From: Acidobacteriota bacterium
GTDB lineage: Bacteria > Acidobacteriota > UBA890 > WLXD01
Direction: 5' to 3'
Length of the DNA: 64,000 nt
NCBI GenBank assembly: GCA_965248695.1
Contig: CBDFKD010000002.1
Location: 832,001 to 896,000 of the forward strand
A program made the translations under genes and the position numbers. The notes beneath the pieces were generated by a model. It was not told where the DNA came from. It saw only the letters and a list, made by a program, of their open reading frames with translations, and did no database searches. This document shows, one piece after another, positions 51,189-59,953 of this stretch. Every line of letters starts with the position of its first letter. Positions within the stretch are counted from its first letter, which is position 1.

Positions 51189-52917
51189 CTACACGGCTTC
51201 GGCCATGGCGCACCGACGCGGATCGCCGCACGCCGAACGTCTGCCGGTGTCGGGATCTATCCAGATTCCCTCGAACGAGCCCATGCCCCAGTTCCATCGA
51301 TTCACCGGGCGCACCGGCAGTCCGCGCGCCATTACCGCGTCGCGAACATTCTTGTCGAGATCAACCTCTACGGCCGGATAGCTGCCGGCGGCGCCATACG
51401 CGTTGCCGAAGCGCGGACGGTTCACCGATTCATGGATCGGGATGCCGAAATCGATCAGGTTGGTGGTGTTCTGCACGATGTTCTGCAGCAGGCTGACGCT
51501 CGGGGAGCCGGACGCCAGTACCGGCCTGCCGTTCTTGAGCACCATGTTGGGCGCCACATACACCGAAGCACGCTGACCGGGCTGCGGCATGATGCGGAAG
51601 AAATGGGCCCCGGAGGCGACGATCGTCACGCCGGCGGCGAACAGCCCGTTGCTCCATGGCAGCGACATGCAGGAGTGCAGGATGGTGGCCACATTGCCGG
51701 CGGCGTCGACCGCGGTCACGTGACAGCTCCCCGGAGGCGGCATCGACGGCGACTCCATGGGCTTGCCCATCTGCAACAAATCGAAACGCATCTTGGCGTA
51801 CTGCTTGGACGTAATGAGGTCGAGGGGTAGCGGATGGCTAGCCGGGTCGGGCTGCTTGTGACCGTCCTCGAAGACCTGGTCGCAGATGCGCGCCATCTGC
51901 CAGAGTGTCTCGGCGGACTCGGTCGCCGGCCCCAGTTTCTGCAGATCGAGCAACTCGACCATCTGCAGGATCTCGATGATGTGGGTGCCGCCGTTGTCCG
52001 GCGGCGGTGAGGCCACCAGGTCGTAGCCGCGGTAGCTGCCGGTTGCCGGCTCGTCAAAGCGCACGTCATAGAGCTCGAAATCCTCCGGCGTGATGACACC
52101 ACCGGCAGCCTGCACCACGTCACAGTACTGGCGCGCGAAATCGCCGCGATAGAAGTACTCGTTGCCTTCCTCTACCAGGCGCTCGAGGGTATCGGCGGCG
52201 CGCTTCTGATAGAGCATCTCCCCGGGGTTCGCGAGCCCGCCGTCCGGGAAGAAGATCTCTCGTCCCTGATCAGTCAGGCCAAGCGTGGCGCTCTGGGTGA
52301 ACATCTCACCCCACAGAAACGGGTGGATCTCGAAGCCATCGCGGGCATAGGCGATGGCCGCAGCGCAGAGGTCCTTGGGCGACTTGCTGCCGTGGCGCTC
52401 GCGCGACGCCTCATATCCGGCCCAGAATCCCGGCACGGCCGCACCCAGGCCGGTACCGAGGGCGGCGGCACTCCAGCCCTCGAGAGGGGCGACCGGGGCG
52501 TTCATGCCGCCGTTGACGTAATGAGTCGTGCCGGTGCCGGCGTCGTAATAAAGCATGCTCAGCACGCCCGTGATGCCGGTCATATGAGGCTCGACGACGC
52601 ACTGAGTCACCGAGGCGCACAAGGCGGCGTCGGCGGCGTTGCCGCCGGAGCGGAGGATGTCGGCACCGGCGCGCGTCGCCAGTGGCTGGGCGCAAATCAC
52701 CATGCCGCCGTCGCCCTCGGGCCGGCTCCTTGGCCCCGAAGACTGCCTTGCTGATCAAGCGGCGACGCTCCTCCGGATCGACAGATCCGGGCGTACCGCC
52801 GGCGGCCGGCGGCGAGGTGCGGAGACCGATCGGGGCGGCGGCGGCGGGCCCTGCCAATCCGGCCGCAATCGCTCCGCTGCCGGCCAGCTTCAGGAAGTCG
52901 CGTCGGTGAGAGCTCAT
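51189..52917 (-). pseudogene. Gamma-glutamyltransferase-family protein with Tat signal and +1 frameshift near 52715
   Basis: HRRDFLK signal in ORF 52917; body GGNAADAA...GSCHVTAVDAAGN...GDPRR in ORF 52703; extra G in a GGG run (CCC 52714-52716 on +). Confidence 0.85.
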
Positions 52918-53120
52918 CGTTTCCTCCCAAGCAGGGTATCCGGCGGTATTCTTGCTAGGCTCGGCGAGCTTACACCTGCAGCAAGCCGTGGTGAGGTGTG
53001 GTGTGGCTGGCGTCAGGGCTGGAGCTGCTCCACCTCACCGGCGACTCGCCCACCAGCTCGACAATCGAATTCACCTGATGCTTGCCCAGGGCCTGGCGGC
53101 AAGCGTCTATAGTCATCGGC

Positions 53121-54203
53121 ATGTCTACGTGGTGGCTAGTGGCGAGCCTCCTGTTGATGGCGGGTGGAGTCTGCCTGGCGACCCTGACGGCCAGCATGTA
53201 CAGGTTGGCGCCGAACCGGCTCGGACGGGCGTTCCTGGCGCTGGGCCTCGCAAGCGCAGTTTGGAGCGTCGGCTACGCGTTCGAGCTGCTGAGCCCGGAT
53301 CTCGGCAGCAAGGTCTTCTTCGCGCAAGTCCAGTACCTAGGCATTCTGACCGCGTCGGTGGCGTGGTTCTGTGTCGCGGTTGCGTTTACCGGCCGGGCCC
53401 GCTGGCTGTCGTTCAGCCTGGTGAGCAAGCTGAGCATCCCGCCGATCATCGTGCTCATGCTGGTCTGGACGAACGATTGGCACGGCCTCGTGTGGGCGCA
53501 GCTGCGCATCGTCTCCGTCTACGCACACCCGATTCTCGAGATCCGACATGGACCGGCGTTCTGGGCCAACGTCGCCTATTCCTATGCGCTTCTGTTCGCC
53601 GCCAGCGCGCTGCTTGCCGGCGCGATGTTCTCTGCACAGCGACTGTTCACGCTGCAGCAAGGGTTGCTGCTGGCCGCAGCGCTATGGCCCTGGATCGGCA
53701 ACTCGCTGTATCTGATGCGCATCGAGGGTCTGCGCGGTATCGACCCGACACCGTTCGCCTTCGGCCTCAGTGCGGTCACCATCGCCTACGCGATGCAGCA
53801 CGGACGACTGCTCCGGATCGTCCCGGTATCGCGTCACAGGATCTTCGAGTCCATCGACGCGGCGGCGTTCGTGCTCGACGTGGACGGGACGGTCGTCGAC
53901 GTGAATCCGGCGGCGCAGCAGCTGCTCGGAGTGCGGCACGAAGCGGCCTTGGGCGAGCACATCGGTACCTGGTTGGGCGATATTCGAGAGGTGCTCGAGG
54001 AGCTGGCGTCGGTGCGCAGCGCCCGACCCATGACCCTGATCGACGCCGAGGGACGCACGCGGCACTTCGAGCTGGCGCTCTATCCGATCCGCAACTCCAA
54101 CAACGTCATCACGACGCGCCTGCTCATCCTGGATGACGTGACGCGACGCCTCGAGACGGCCGAGGCCTCGGAGCACCTCCGGCAGGAGTCGCCGCCCGTC
54201 TAG
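53121..54203 (+). CDS. HisKA_7TM + PAS sensor without output domain (probably truncated)
   Basis: 7 TM segments with WTNDWHGL and DPTPFAF; PAS VLD...VDVNPAA...DVT; then stop. Confidence 0.75.
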   Translation: MSTWWLVASLLLMAGGVCLATLTASMYRLAPNRLGRAFLALGLASAVWSVGYAFELLSPDLGSKVFFAQVQYLGILTASVAWFCVAVAFTGRARWLSFSLVSKLSIPPIIVLMLVWTNDWHGLVWAQLRIVSVYAHPILEIRHGPAFWANVAYSYALLFAASALLAGAMFSAQRLFTLQQGLLLAAALWPWIGNSLYLMRIEGLRGIDPTPFAFGLSAVTIAYAMQHGRLLRIVPVSRHRIFESIDAAAFVLDVDGTVVDVNPAAQQLLGVRHEAALGEHIGTWLGDIREVLEELASVRSARPMTLIDAEGRTRHFELALYPIRNSNNVITTRLLILDDVTRRLETAEASEHLRQESPPV

Positions 54204-54253
54204 CAGCAATCCGTTCGATACGCGTAGCGTAGCGATGGCCCGTAGCCGGGAAC

Positions 54254-54907
54254 CTAGTCGATCGCGAAGCAGTAGAAGAGGCCGTCGCCCCCGGTGCCCT
54301 GCAGGTTCTCCTGGCTGCAACCGCGCGACCCGTGGGCCGAGTTCCACGACGTCGGGTCGGCGCCGCCACCGATGCGATCGAAGTGCCCCACCAGCGCGCT
54401 GCCATCTCCGCCGCTCGTCCAGTTGCTGCACGTATGGTCCTCACCGTCGGTCAACAACGTACCGTCCGCCTGCACGCCGGTGAGGATGTCGTGACGGTTG
54501 GGGCTGTCGCCGCGTCCCTTAACCATGTCGCCGTTCTCGGTCAGAACGGTCTGCTTGGTCATGTTGTTGTCGTCGGCGGCGTGCAGATTGTCGACATCGG
54601 TGGCAACGACAACACCGCCGACGTTCCGCCAGGGGCCGGCACCGATGCGGTCACGAGCGTTGACCGCCGGCTGCCCATCGGCGGCGGTGGCACCGAGATA
54701 GGCGCGCCACGTCCGATCACCCGCCCCAACTGCCCGGGCCAGCATCTGACAGCGTGCGTCAGCGCCTGCCAGTCCTCCGAGATCGGCACCGCTACCGCTT
54801 CCGGAGCTGGTGATGAAGAAGCTCGTTCCGCTCACCTGGGCGCTCGGCGCCACCGGTGCCACAAGCGCCAGAAACCCAACCAACCCCAGCATCACGGTCT
54901 TTCGCAT
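54254..54907 (-). CDS. Secreted endostatin/DUF1554-like (C-type lectin fold) protein
   Basis: FFITS...DLGGLAGADARCQ...WRAYL...ARDRIG.GPW...CSNWTS...FYCFA. Confidence 0.75.
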   Translation of the reverse strand: MRKTVMLGLVGFLALVAPVAPSAQVSGTSFFITSSGSGSGADLGGLAGADARCQMLARAVGAGDRTWRAYLGATAADGQPAVNARDRIGAGPWRNVGGVVVATDVDNLHAADDNNMTKQTVLTENGDMVKGRGDSPNRHDILTGVQADGTLLTDGEDHTCSNWTSGGDGSALVGHFDRIGGGADPTSWNSAHGSRGCSQENLQGTGGDGLFYCFAID

Positions 54908-54947
54908 ATCGACGTCTCCTCGGGTAGAGCGCAACGGTGGCCGTATT

Positions 54948-55703
54948 CTACGACCTGTCGGCGTTGGATTTGATCGCTGCGAAGACATACGAGGACAGGC
55001 CGTCGGCGTGCTTGTCGAAGGACTCCGCGAACCGGTGGTCGGTGACGTACATCTCGGCGAGCGCGGCGTGCATCTGTAGGCTGCAGGCGTAGAACCAGCG
55101 GTCGATATGTTGCCGGTGCTGCTCCGCAGCCGCCATCGCCGCCTCAGAGTCCGGCGCATCGCCTGCCGCCTGCCGAGCCGCGAGCTCCTCGACGATCGCC
55201 TTGCTCTCGGCTTTGATCGCCTTCCAGTCGTCTGGCCCATAGCCTCGTGTGCGGCGCTGCGCCTCTTCCCACGACGGTGTGCCTCCCCATCGTTCCTCGG
55301 CTTCGGCCTCGAGTTGCTCCTGCTTGAAACCCTCGAACAGTTCCTCGGCGGTCATTGGAGCGTCTCCTTCTCGGGTGCTCAACATTCGATCGATGGTTGC
55401 TACCAGCGCCGCGGTTTCCGTCAGACGCCGGGCAAGGCGGGCTCGGTGCTGGCGCAGAGCGACGCGCGAGTCGAAGCCGGGAGCATCGAGCGCATACCGG
55501 ATGTCTTCGAGCGCCATACCGAGCTCGCGATGAAACCGGATCTGCTGGAGACGTTCGATATCGGCAGCGGTGTACAGCCGATACCCGGCACGATTGCGTC
55601 CCGATGGGGTCAGCAGGCCAATCTCGTCGTAGTGGTGGAGCGTTCGCACCGTCACCTTGCCGATCCGCGCTACCGCTCCCACCTTGTATGTGCGCTCAGA
55701 CAT
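54948..55703 (-). CDS. tipA: MerR family TipA-like regulator (HTH + TipAS domain)
   Basis: VRTLHHYDEIGLL.PS...GYRLY; EAEERWG; FYACS; MYVTDHRF. Confidence 0.9.
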   Translation of the reverse strand: MSERTYKVGAVARIGKVTVRTLHHYDEIGLLTPSGRNRAGYRLYTAADIERLQQIRFHRELGMALEDIRYALDAPGFDSRVALRQHRARLARRLTETAALVATIDRMLSTREGDAPMTAEELFEGFKQEQLEAEAEERWGGTPSWEEAQRRTRGYGPDDWKAIKAESKAIVEELAARQAAGDAPDSEAAMAAAEQHRQHIDRWFYACSLQMHAALAEMYVTDHRFAESFDKHADGLSSYVFAAIKSNADRS

Positions 55704-55719
55704 CTCCGCCTCCAGAACC

Positions 55720-55750
55720 ATCCTCGCGCCTCACGCGGCGTGAGGGTCAA
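55720..55750 (-). promoter_or_regulatory. MerR-type promoter/operator with 19-bp spacer
   Basis: TTGACC-N19-GAGGAT containing the palindrome CCTCACG-N3-CGTGAGG (55729-55745). Confidence 0.85.
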
Positions 55751-55911
55751 GCCCCGTCGTGAGGATTATCGCCGTATCCGGTCGCGACGGCCTTGCCGGG
55801 ACTGCAACCTGGCACGATCAGGTCTCGCCGGGACGGCAGCCTCGAACGAGTAGACTGAGCCAATGCCTAACGCGCGCATCATCCTGACCACGGACCTGCA
55901 GCGCTGCACCG

Positions 55912-57378
55912 ATGGCTGAGGTTGTCGAGCGCTGGGATGTCGCCCCCGGTTTGAGTATCTCCCGCGTGCTCACCGGGCTGTGGCAGATCGCGGACATGGA
56001 GCGGGACGGTGGCGCTGTCGATCCCGATGAGGCCATTCGAGCGATGGAGCCGTACGTCGAGGCAGGCTTCACAACCTTCGACATGGCCGACCACTACGGC
56101 TCGGCGGAGGAGCTTGCCGGCGGGCTCGTGCAGCGCCGTGGCGACGGTTCGGTCGAGCTGCTGACCAAGTGGGTCCCCGAGCCCGGACCCAGTAGCCGGG
56201 ACGAGGTTCGCGCCGCGGTCGAGCGGGCGCTCGAGCGGCTTCGAAGCGACCACATCGACCTGCTCCAGTTCCACACATGGAACTATGCGGACCCTGAGTA
56301 CCTGGACACCCTGAGCTACCTGCAAGAGCTCAAGCAAGAGGGGTTGATTCGACACCTCGGGCTCACCAACGTCGACACAGCGCATCTGCGGATCATCATC
56401 CACAGCGGCATCGAGGTGGTCTCCAACCAGGTTTGCTTCTCTCTCCTGGATCAACGTGCCCGGGTCAACGGCATGACCGAGCTGTGCCGGCAACACGACA
56501 TCACGTTGCTGGCCTTCGGCACTCTGGCTGGCGGGTTCCTCACGGAGCGCTGGCTGGACCAGCCGGAGCCCGATTGGGAAAGCCTCGAGACCTGGTCGCA
56601 GATGAAGTACGGCCGCTTCATTCGCTCCGCCGGTGGGTGGCAGAGGCTGCAGGCGCTGCTCCACAGAGTGAACGCCGTCGCTGAGCGCCACCATGTGTCG
56701 CTGGCGAACGTGGCCTCGCGCTACATTCTCGACCAACCGGCCGTCGGCGGCGTGATCCTGGGCGCCCGCCTCGGAATCAGCGAGCACCGCGACGACAACA
56801 CGCGGCTGTTCTCGTTCCGCCTTGATGAGGCCGACCGATCCGAGATCGACGCGGCCGTCGACTGTTTGGACCCGATCCCCGGCGACTGCGGCGACGAATA
56901 CAGGCGACCGCCCTACTTGACCGCCTCGGGAGACCTCAGCCACCACATCGACAGCCTCCCGGCCCCCTATGCAGCGCAACGCGGCGACGACGGCCGCGCC
57001 CGGCTCTCGACCGGGACGGTCTGGGAGGAGCTGGCCGGCTTCAGCCGGGCTGTACGGCATGGCGATCGGATCGTGGTGTCAGGCACCACGGCCACACACG
57101 GCCGGCAACTGATCGGCGGAGACGACGCGGAGGCTCAGATGCACTTTGTGATCGACAAGATCGAAGGTGCGCTGCAGTCGCTGGACGCTCGGCTTGCCGA
57201 TGTGATCCGAACCCGCGTGTACATCAACGACAGCGGCGATTGGGAGGCCGTCTCGCGCGCTCATGGCTGCCGGTTTCGCGATATCCGGCCGGCGAATACC
57301 CTGGTGCAGGCTGGCATCATCGGGGCCGGCTACCTGGTCGAGATGGAGGTAGAGGCATGGGTAACACCTCGGCACTGA
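55912..57378 (+). CDS. Aldo/keto reductase fused to a C-terminal RidA/YjgF domain
   Basis: FDMADHYG and IDLLQFH; then WEELAGFSRAVR.GD.IVVSGTT...RTRVY...RPANT...VEME. Confidence 0.88.
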   Translation: MAEVVERWDVAPGLSISRVLTGLWQIADMERDGGAVDPDEAIRAMEPYVEAGFTTFDMADHYGSAEELAGGLVQRRGDGSVELLTKWVPEPGPSSRDEVRAAVERALERLRSDHIDLLQFHTWNYADPEYLDTLSYLQELKQEGLIRHLGLTNVDTAHLRIIIHSGIEVVSNQVCFSLLDQRARVNGMTELCRQHDITLLAFGTLAGGFLTERWLDQPEPDWESLETWSQMKYGRFIRSAGGWQRLQALLHRVNAVAERHHVSLANVASRYILDQPAVGGVILGARLGISEHRDDNTRLFSFRLDEADRSEIDAAVDCLDPIPGDCGDEYRRPPYLTASGDLSHHIDSLPAPYAAQRGDDGRARLSTGTVWEELAGFSRAVRHGDRIVVSGTTATHGRQLIGGDDAEAQMHFVIDKIEGALQSLDARLADVIRTRVYINDSGDWEAVSRAHGCRFRDIRPANTLVQAGIIGAGYLVEMEVEAWVTPRH

Positions 57379-57722
57379 GCATGGCGCTGGTCGTCATCGG
57401 GGTGATCTTTATCGTCGGGCTGTATCCGCTGACCGTGTTGTGGCCGGCAGGATTCATGTGGGAACCGCGACAGGCCGAGTACGAGCACATGATCCTCATC
57501 ACGTTCGCCGTGCTGGGGGTCTTCTTGCTGAAGGCATCGCGCAACCCATCCGAGCACGTCAGCCTGATCGCCTTCGCCGCCTGGTCGAGCCTGGCACACG
57601 GTTTGCTGATGGCTTACCAAGCGCTGAACGATCCGGCGGAATCGGCCAACCTGATGGGCGACGTTCCGGCGCTGGTTCTCATCGGCATCGTGCTCCTGGT
57701 ACTGATGCGACGCAACGAGTAA
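57357..57722 (+). CDS. Small membrane protein (DUF6632-like)
   Basis: WPAGFMW...YEHMI...LGVFLL.ASRNP.EH.SLI.F..WSS.AH. Confidence 0.7.
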   Translation: MGNTSALSMALVVIGVIFIVGLYPLTVLWPAGFMWEPRQAEYEHMILITFAVLGVFLLKASRNPSEHVSLIAFAAWSSLAHGLLMAYQALNDPAESANLMGDVPALVLIGIVLLVLMRRNE

Positions 57723-57725
57723 CGG

Positions 57726-58976
57726 GTGCCCAGACCTCGTTCCAGCCTCGTTCGCCGCGTCGCAACGTGGCTGATCCTGGTCGCCGCGTCGGCGATCTAC
57801 GGCAGCGCGCACGGCCAACAACGACCCGCATGGATGGACATCGTCCCTAGCGTTGAAGGCACCGGCTTCGTCGAGCGTCTTCCCATCGAGGTGCTGCAAA
57901 CAAAGCTCATCCTCGAGCTCGAGCTCGGCGGTCAACCACGGGCGGTGGTCTTCGATACCGGTTCCCCCAGCGTGCTCAGCAAGTCGCTGGCAACCGAGCT
58001 TGGCCTGGAGATCATCGATACCATCCAATCCATCGACGCCAACGGAACACAGGTCGATACCGAGGTGGCGGTGCTTGAAGAGCTCCGGCTCGGTGAGCTC
58101 AGCGTACGCAACATACCGGTGTTCGTGGCCGACCTGTCGAGAGCACCGATCGCCAGCTGTCTCTTCGATGCCGCGCTGGGATCCGAGATCCTGCAGATCT
58201 GCAACTGGCAGATCGATGTTGCCGGACGCACGTTGACCTGCGCGGATCGCCTCGAGGATCTGCAGTTCATCGACGGAAGCAGCTCGGCACCGCTGCGCCT
58301 GTTCGATTACCCGCACACGCCGCACCTCGATACCGAGTTCGTGAACGGCATGACGAGCACGGCGATGTTCGATACGGGCACGCCCGAGTACGTCGTCCTC
58401 GCGAGCCCCGAGCTCGACGACCTCGAGCGCACCGGCGCCGTCGAGCGTGGCGCCATGGTGCGCGGTTTCGGTTCGGGAGAGTCGCTCGGTGGCATGGGGC
58501 AGGATCAAGAGGCGTTTCTGCTGCGGCTGAGCCGGCTGTGGATCGGCGAGCTCGAGCTGATCGACGTGGTGGCGCGGACTCGACCGGAGGTTCCGACGCT
58601 GCTGGGAGCCGGCCTGCTGGAGCACTACGTGGTGACGTTGGCATACCCGCGAAAGCGGGCCTACTTCTACAAGCGCTCGGAGGCGCCCCTGCGGCGCACC
58701 AGCTTCGGGTTCGGTCCCGACTTCGAAAGCACGCCGGTTACCACCAGCTTCGTGTGGGATGGGTCTCCCGCCCATCGAGCGGGAATCCGTCCCGGCGATC
58801 GGCTCACCCAGATCGGCAATTCCGACCTGACCGCGATCACCGAGCAGAATCGCTGCCCGGTGGTGCGCGACGTGCTCGAATCGCTGGACGGCGACGGCGC
58901 CCTACGAGTTGGCTTCGAACACGAGGGTGCCGTAAGAACGGTCGAGCTCACCCGCGAGCCGGCACTGCGACGCTGA
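57726..58976 (+). CDS. Secreted aspartic protease (two retropepsin domains) with PDZ
   Basis: Two FDTG motifs; SPAHRAGIRPGD. Confidence 0.85.
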   Translation: MPRPRSSLVRRVATWLILVAASAIYGSAHGQQRPAWMDIVPSVEGTGFVERLPIEVLQTKLILELELGGQPRAVVFDTGSPSVLSKSLATELGLEIIDTIQSIDANGTQVDTEVAVLEELRLGELSVRNIPVFVADLSRAPIASCLFDAALGSEILQICNWQIDVAGRTLTCADRLEDLQFIDGSSSAPLRLFDYPHTPHLDTEFVNGMTSTAMFDTGTPEYVVLASPELDDLERTGAVERGAMVRGFGSGESLGGMGQDQEAFLLRLSRLWIGELELIDVVARTRPEVPTLLGAGLLEHYVVTLAYPRKRAYFYKRSEAPLRRTSFGFGPDFESTPVTTSFVWDGSPAHRAGIRPGDRLTQIGNSDLTAITEQNRCPVVRDVLESLDGDGALRVGFEHEGAVRTVELTREPALRR

Positions 58977-59052
58977 ACCGGACGCGGCACCGGCGGTGGC
59001 ACTCTGAAAGTCGACGAGCCTCGGCACCGTCCCGGCAAGGTACTCTGAACCG

Positions 59053-59469
59053 ATGCCATACAGGCGACTCGCCACATTCAGCACACTGGCCGTCGTGGGC
59101 AACTTGCTCATCGGTGCAGCCCACATGCTCGCGCATCTGCAACTCGGCGTGGTCCTCCTCCCGTGGCAGGACATTTTCGTCAGCGTGGTGATCGTTACAA
59201 GCCCGATCGCGGCGGTGGTTCTGGTGCGCACCCCGTTGCGCGGCATCGGCGCCAACCTGCTGACCGGGTCGATGGGGGCGGCGCTCGTTTTCAGCACCTA
59301 CTACCACTACATCCTTATCTCTCCTGACCACGTGGCCCATCTGCCGGAGGGCGAGCTGCGATGGCTGTTTCGATTGACCGCCGCGCTGCTGCTGGTGGGT
59401 CAGGGGCTCGGGACGGGGATTGGCATACTCATGATCCGGGCGATCCGGGAGGGCAGATGGCGGACGTAA
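59053..59469 (+). CDS. His-containing membrane protein
   Basis: AAHMLAH...YYHYILISPDHV; 4 TM segments. Confidence 0.7.
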   Translation: MPYRRLATFSTLAVVGNLLIGAAHMLAHLQLGVVLLPWQDIFVSVVIVTSPIAAVVLVRTPLRGIGANLLTGSMGAALVFSTYYHYILISPDHVAHLPEGELRWLFRLTAALLLVGQGLGTGIGILMIRAIREGRWRT

Positions 59470-59792
59470 CGCTGCGAGCAATCGATGAGCTGGACGGCTA
59501 CGAGGGCATGTTCCTGTACGCCGGCAAGGCCCTCGGTGTGACTGCCTGGGAAATGAACGTCCTCAAGCTGCCGGCCGGTTGAGACGGCTACCCGGAACAC
59601 GACCACGCCGAGGACGGCCGCGAGGAGGCGTACGTCGTGCTGGAGGGCAACGCCACGCTCGAGGCCGACGGTGAGCGCTGGCTTCTGGAGCCCGGCAACA
59701 TGGCGCGCGTCGGCCCGCATCAGAAGCGCAAGATTGTCCCGGGCGATGCAGGGGTGGTCCTGCTGGCAATCGGGGGAGCTCCCGAAGCCTGA
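59457..59792 (+). pseudogene. Cupin with in-frame TGA at 59580-59582
   Basis: MADVT...LKLPAG*DGYPEHDHAEDGREEAYVVLEG...LLAIGGAPEA*. Confidence 0.8.
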
Positions 59793-59953
59793 CTCGCCGA
59801 GCTTTCGCCCGCCACTCGACCATCTACAAGGCGCGGCGGGCCTGTCGACACTTGCCAACATGGGCAGGTTGCCATTTACTTGTGGCGCCATAGATCGTGA
59901 CCCACGCCTGGCACGGATCATGCCCGGTGCCCACCCGCCACAAGGAAGGACAT

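Noticed and set aside
44166-52716. Programmed frameshifting in DUF418 and the second GGT
   Set aside because: Both are single extra bases in GGG runs with no slippery heptamer; long-read error or simple mutation is more likely, and reads are needed to decide
59580-59582. In-frame TGA in the cupin as selenocysteine or TGA reassignment
   Set aside because: The context (PAG*DGYPEH) fits a TGG>TGA nonsense change at a Trp, no convincing SECIS was seen, and many genes here end normally in TGA
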